From Thecamonas trahens ATCC 50062 (lineage: Eukaryota; Protista; Apusomonadida): a stretch of 64,000 nt of DNA. The translations under genes were made by a program, and so were the position numbers. Every line of letters begins with the position of its first letter. The first letter of the stretch is position 1. This document shows, in pieces, positions 59,898 to 64,000 of this stretch. Location of the stretch: contig NW_013657630.1 of NCBI RefSeq assembly GCF_000142905.1, positions 122,434-186,433 of the forward strand, written 5' to 3'. Under the pieces are notes generated by a model. It saw only the letters and a list, made by a program, of their open reading frames with translations, had not been told where the DNA came from and ran no database searches.

Positions 59898-62800
59898 TCA
59901 GGCGTCGGGCGCGAGAGCCTGCTCGTCGACGAGGCGGAGGCCATCCCAGTACGTCCAGTCAAAGGGCGCGTATTTGATGGAGCATTCCGAGCCGGCGTCG
60001 AGGAGGCGGCGAAGGCGAGCGTAGGGGTCCTCGTCGAGGTAGCGAGCCACCTGGCGCAGGATGCCATACTTGACAGCGAGCTTGGAGCGTGCGGCGTGGT
60101 CAAAGTCCTTGGCGTACCACTGGCAGACGCGCGGGAGAATGATGGCGGACTTTGCCTCGTTGAGCTCGACAAAGGCGTTGACGTGGCACGAGGCGACGTA
60201 GTCGAGCTGCTCGTCGAGTGCGGCTGGGGTGTAGACGAGGATCCAGGGCAGCGATGAGCGGGTGCCGAGGTTGATGGCGTAGTTGACGCGGGCATCGCGG
60301 ATGGAGAGGGCAAACGGGTAGCCCTTGTTCCTGTTGAGCTTGAGCCTTTTCTGGCCAAACTTTGGGATGAAAAAGTCGTAGATCTTCTTGGGCCGGGCCA
60401 TGCCTGCGCGGAGGACCGAGTGCTGGATCTCCGAGAGCGAGAGGACGTAACCAGCAACCTCGTAGGAGGCGCGGTTGTAGAATGATTTGCGGGAGAGGGC
60501 CGACGACGGGTGGCCCATGACGAGGAGGGCGTGCTGGAGGAGGGTGTGGAAGAGGTTGAGGAAGAAGGCGAGCCGCTGGTTCTCATCGAGGTCGGTGAGC
60601 TCGACAAGCTTGAGGTCTGCCGTCGAGTCGAGGAACGAGGTAATCTCTTCGGTCCGCGAGTCTGGGCGGAGGGTGGCGACGGTGCGGAGGAGCGACTCTA
60701 CGATGGCGAGGGCCGACGGGCCGTCGGCGGGGAGTGGGCGGAAGGCCATTTTGCGGGCGTTGAGGACAACGCGCTGGCGCTTCGAGTCCTTGCGCGGGGC
60801 CTTAAAGACGTAGCCGGTTGACGCGGCGTCGCGGGCGGCGGGCGAGCCTGCGGCTTCCCAGCCGAGCGGGGCGGTGGCGTCTTCTGAGGCGACTTCGTCG
60901 CCGACGGCACGAGGCGGTAAGCTTGCAGCGGCGGCGGCCGAGTCTACTGGCGCATCGTCGCCGGTGGCTTCGGCAAAGATGGTCATCGACGGCGAGCGCG
61001 AAAGGTCGGGCGTGGGCGCAGGCGCGGGGCCTGTGGCAGGGGAGGCCAGGCGGGGGGCAGGCACTGCGTCGCGGGCGACGAGGGCGGCGCAGGCCATGGC
61101 GACGGCGTGGACAAAGGCATCACGTGAGGCCTGTGACCGCATACACATGTAGAAGAGGCGGCCGGGAGTCTCGATCTGGAAAAAGTGCAGCGAGCCAAAA
61201 GGCATGTCGTCCTCGTCGACGGCGGTGACAGCCATGACCTCGCCCAGTGCGATGGTCTGCAGCGGCTTGCGCGAGCGAGCGCTGTAAAAGGCGAGGCGAG
61301 CAGGAGTGAGGACGGCCCACTCCTCGCGCCAGAATGTCTCCCACAGCGAGCGGGCAACGGGTGCCTCGTGAAGGATTTGCGGGGCGGCACCCTTGGTGCC
61401 CTTGGCGGCCGGCAAGCGAAGCTTGAGCTCGGGACGCTTGGTGTTGGAGAGGAAGAGGGTGTCCGCGAGGGTCTGCTGCTGGGCAAAGGCACAGGCGAGC
61501 TCGTTCTCTGTCGAGTCGCCGGCCTCGCGCGGGACGAGGGCCGAAAGAAAGACCGAGAGCGCCTGGCGCTGCTCTTCGATGGTCTGCGGCTGCGAGGAGG
61601 GGCGGATGAGGCGGGTCGGGAGGGGCTCGTGGTCGGGGAAGGAGGCCTTGCAAGCGGCGTCGAGCTTGACAAAGTCGCCGAGGGTGCGGAGGACGGAGAA
61701 GCGGACGGTGCGCGACGAGTCGTCGGCAGCGTCGTCGTCGTCGTCCGAGTCGGAGAGCTCAACGTCGGGCCGGTCGTCGTCGGAGAGATCGCCGGCGTCA
61801 AAGGAGCTCGCGGCTGGCCGGTCGGCGGGAAGCAGGTACTGGCGCGAGACCACGCCTGCGTCCGAGTACGTGTGGTCGTCGGTGTAGATAGAGTTGGTGT
61901 CGTCGAGCTCAGGAAGGTCGTCGTCGTCCGAGCCAGCAGAGTGCGAGCGGGTGCGCGAGAGTGGCGGAAGCGGCGGCGCTGCGGCGACGGCGCTGAGCTC
62001 GTTGCCGTTGTCGTCGTCAGAGCCCGGAGCGGCGGCGAGCGGCTCGAGGCCGCCGAGAGCGAGGTCGAGGCGGGACGAGGTCGAGGTGTGCGGCGAGTCG
62101 GTCGGCTCGGGCTGAAGCTTGAGGGCAAGGACCGAGATAAGGAAGACGACCATGCGTTGGCCGGAGGCACCGAGGGCGCACTCGGCCCAGATGGGAACCG
62201 ACATGTCGAGGATGCGGATGGGCTCAAAGAAGACGGTTGACGGCGGTGCGACTGGTGGGACCGAGAGCGGGGGCTCGGGAGATTCTGCCTGGATCGGGCG
62301 CTCGCCGCTGCCACGCGACATGGTGGGAGTGAGGAGCGGTGGCGGAGCCATGGTGACCGGGCCTGACGGGCCGGCGGGCTCGTCGGGAGTGAGGGGCGAG
62401 TCGCTCGAGTCTTCGTCGCCGTCTTCGTCGTCATACGCGTACTCGTACTCGTGGTCGGGCGCGTTGGGGTCGGCCGCGGCAGCATCAAAGGCGCGTAGTG
62501 GCGACCAGTCGACGACACCGCCGGTGTGTGCAAACTCAAAGGCAAAGAGGTAAGTCTTGTCGGCGGTGAGGTGCGGACGGTGGGTAAAGTCGCCATGGCC
62601 CATGGTGTAGGCGACGATGCGGAGCGGCTGATCGGCGACAAACGAGGTGAGCTCGAGGTCTGAAAGGCCTGGGATCTTGACAGCCTTCCACTGGACAAGG
62701 TCGAGGTTTGCCGAGTGGAACGAAAGGGTGTAGGTGTCTGTGGTGGTAAAGGTGTCGTCGATGCGGGCGTTCTTGCGGCGTGCGGCGTTCTCGTCGTCTG

Positions 62801-63631
62801 TGCCCGGAAGCATCATGACGCAGAGATCAGGCGGGCTCTCTCCGGGCGGAGTGACAATGTAGCGGTCGACCGACATGGTGAGCGGGAAGACAATGTGTGG
62901 GAGCTCCGAGTCGTCGCGGGTGCCAAACGACGAGTGCAGGCCGCGGATCATGGACTTTGCGAGGCGGAGGGCGATTTTCCGGCGGAGCGGGTAAAGAAGC
63001 CCATCTGGAGGTTGGAGGGGACTTCAACGCCCATGTAGAGAGTGCCTTGCGGAACAACCTTAAACTTGCCCTGGATCTGGATCTCGAACGAGCGCTTGCC
63101 GAGGGCAAAGTACGGGGCGTAGTGCGGGTCGGGCGGGTCCGAGATCATCTTGACGATCATGCGGCCAGAGAAAAAGTCGTTGTCGATGACAACGGGCTCG
63201 CGGGTGTTGGGCGTGACATACTGCGGGATGGCGCCCTGTGCAAGCTGGCGGATGGAGACCGGGAGCCGCGGCGGTGGCTGGACGGTGGCCCGGGCCACAC
63301 GCTTGCGGACCTTTGTCCGCGAGCCGGTCGGCGGCGCGCCGACCGAGGGTGGCAGCGAGCCACCCGAAGGCGGCAGCGGCGCGTCTTCCTCTGGGCTGGC
63401 GCCCGGGAGAGGGCCGGGAGCCGCGGTGAGCGGGCGGTAGTCGGCGGCGTAGAGCGGGAGGGCAGCAAAGTGGAGGGCGGCGACGAGCGGGAGGGCGGCG
63501 CCAAGGGCCACCGAGAGAGCCCACACCAGCGGGAGGGTGCGGGCGGCAAGGAAGACGGTGGCCAGGACGGCTGCCGCGCCTGCGGGGGTGGTCAGCACCG
63601 CCGGGAGCGCCGGCGGGCTTGTTTTGGACAT
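59898..63631 (-). CDS. Multidomain protein: N-terminal TM, DUF1769-like, PX-like, PH and DUF547; apparent frameshift at 62975-62978
   Basis: IDNDFFSGR...YF...KRSFEIQIQGKFK...LYMGVE (DUF1769-like); VLRTLGDFVKLD...IEEQRQALSVFL (PX-like); WREEWAVLT...FQIETPGR..YM......RDAFV (PH); RLAFFLNLFH...LSLSEIQHSVLR...DARVNYAINLG (DUF547). Adding one A gives SAGKIALRLAKSMIRGLH. Confidence 0.75.
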
Positions 63632-64000
63632 GGGTGGGGTGGGGAGAGGTGGCGGTGTTCGGGGAGTCACACGGCGAGGGGTGGGCTTGTAATGGGAGGG
63701 CTGCGGGGGAGGGATGCAGGGGACCGGGATCGGGGGCGGCATACCATGTTGTGCCGAGCCGTGATGGTGTATGTGTGTGGCGGGGGGGGGGGGGGGAGGT
63801 GAAGGCGCGGCGGTGTGGAGGGGTTGGGGGGGGGGGGGGGGGGTGCGGCATGGTGATGAGCGCAGCGGTCAGGTGGGGTAGAGGAGGTCAGGCGTCGAGG
63901 AAGTTCTGTGGAGGAGAGAGGGTGAGGTGATGATGGGTGAGGTGATGAGGATGGGGATGGAGGGGCTGGACACGACAGAGAGAGGAGGGAGGAGAGGACG

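Noticed and set aside
1-64000. tRNA, rRNA, snoRNA genes or transposases
   Set aside because: None recognisable by eye; tRNAscan-SE, Infernal/Rfam and RepeatModeler would be needed to exclude small RNAs, including intronic ones.

Overview
GC-rich, gene-dense eukaryotic DNA from a flagellated protist draft assembly with four N-gaps. The composition, 5'-only GT-AG introns and gene set suggest an apusomonad such as Thecamonas; this is an inference. About 22 protein-coding genes are present. Recognisable housekeeping genes: FAM183/CFAP144, TFIIA-gamma, gamma-COP, LAMTOR2, SLC30A9/ZnT9, Afi1/MesA-like, Tat-SF1/Cus2, CDC6, CLN8-like TLC and a front-end fatty-acid desaturase. The signalling genes include a tandem-FERM protein, an LRR-PP2C and a coiled-coil class III adenylate cyclase. 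The standout is 2893..4695(-): an intronless protein that fuses a eukaryotic PB1 domain to an apparently intact RelA/SpoT-like nucleotidyltransferase of the bacterial/phage toxin-effector type (Tas1/Apk2/XopAD-like), followed by a second, catalytically degenerate copy of that domain. It is a candidate eukaryotic alarmone ((p)ppNpp) signalling or defence enzyme. Other oddities are a full-length Na/K-type P-type ATPase that has lost every catalytic motif, a TPR-Tat-SF1 fusion, a bacterial-type YdeI/OmpD gene, a frame-breaking 635-bp tandem duplication in the cyclase gene, four single-base frameshifts in homopolymers (probably sequencing errors), and convergent genes whose stop codons are only 4-16 bp apart. 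I saw no rRNA, tRNA, CRISPR array or transposase. All family assignments come from motif recognition by eye, not from database searches.
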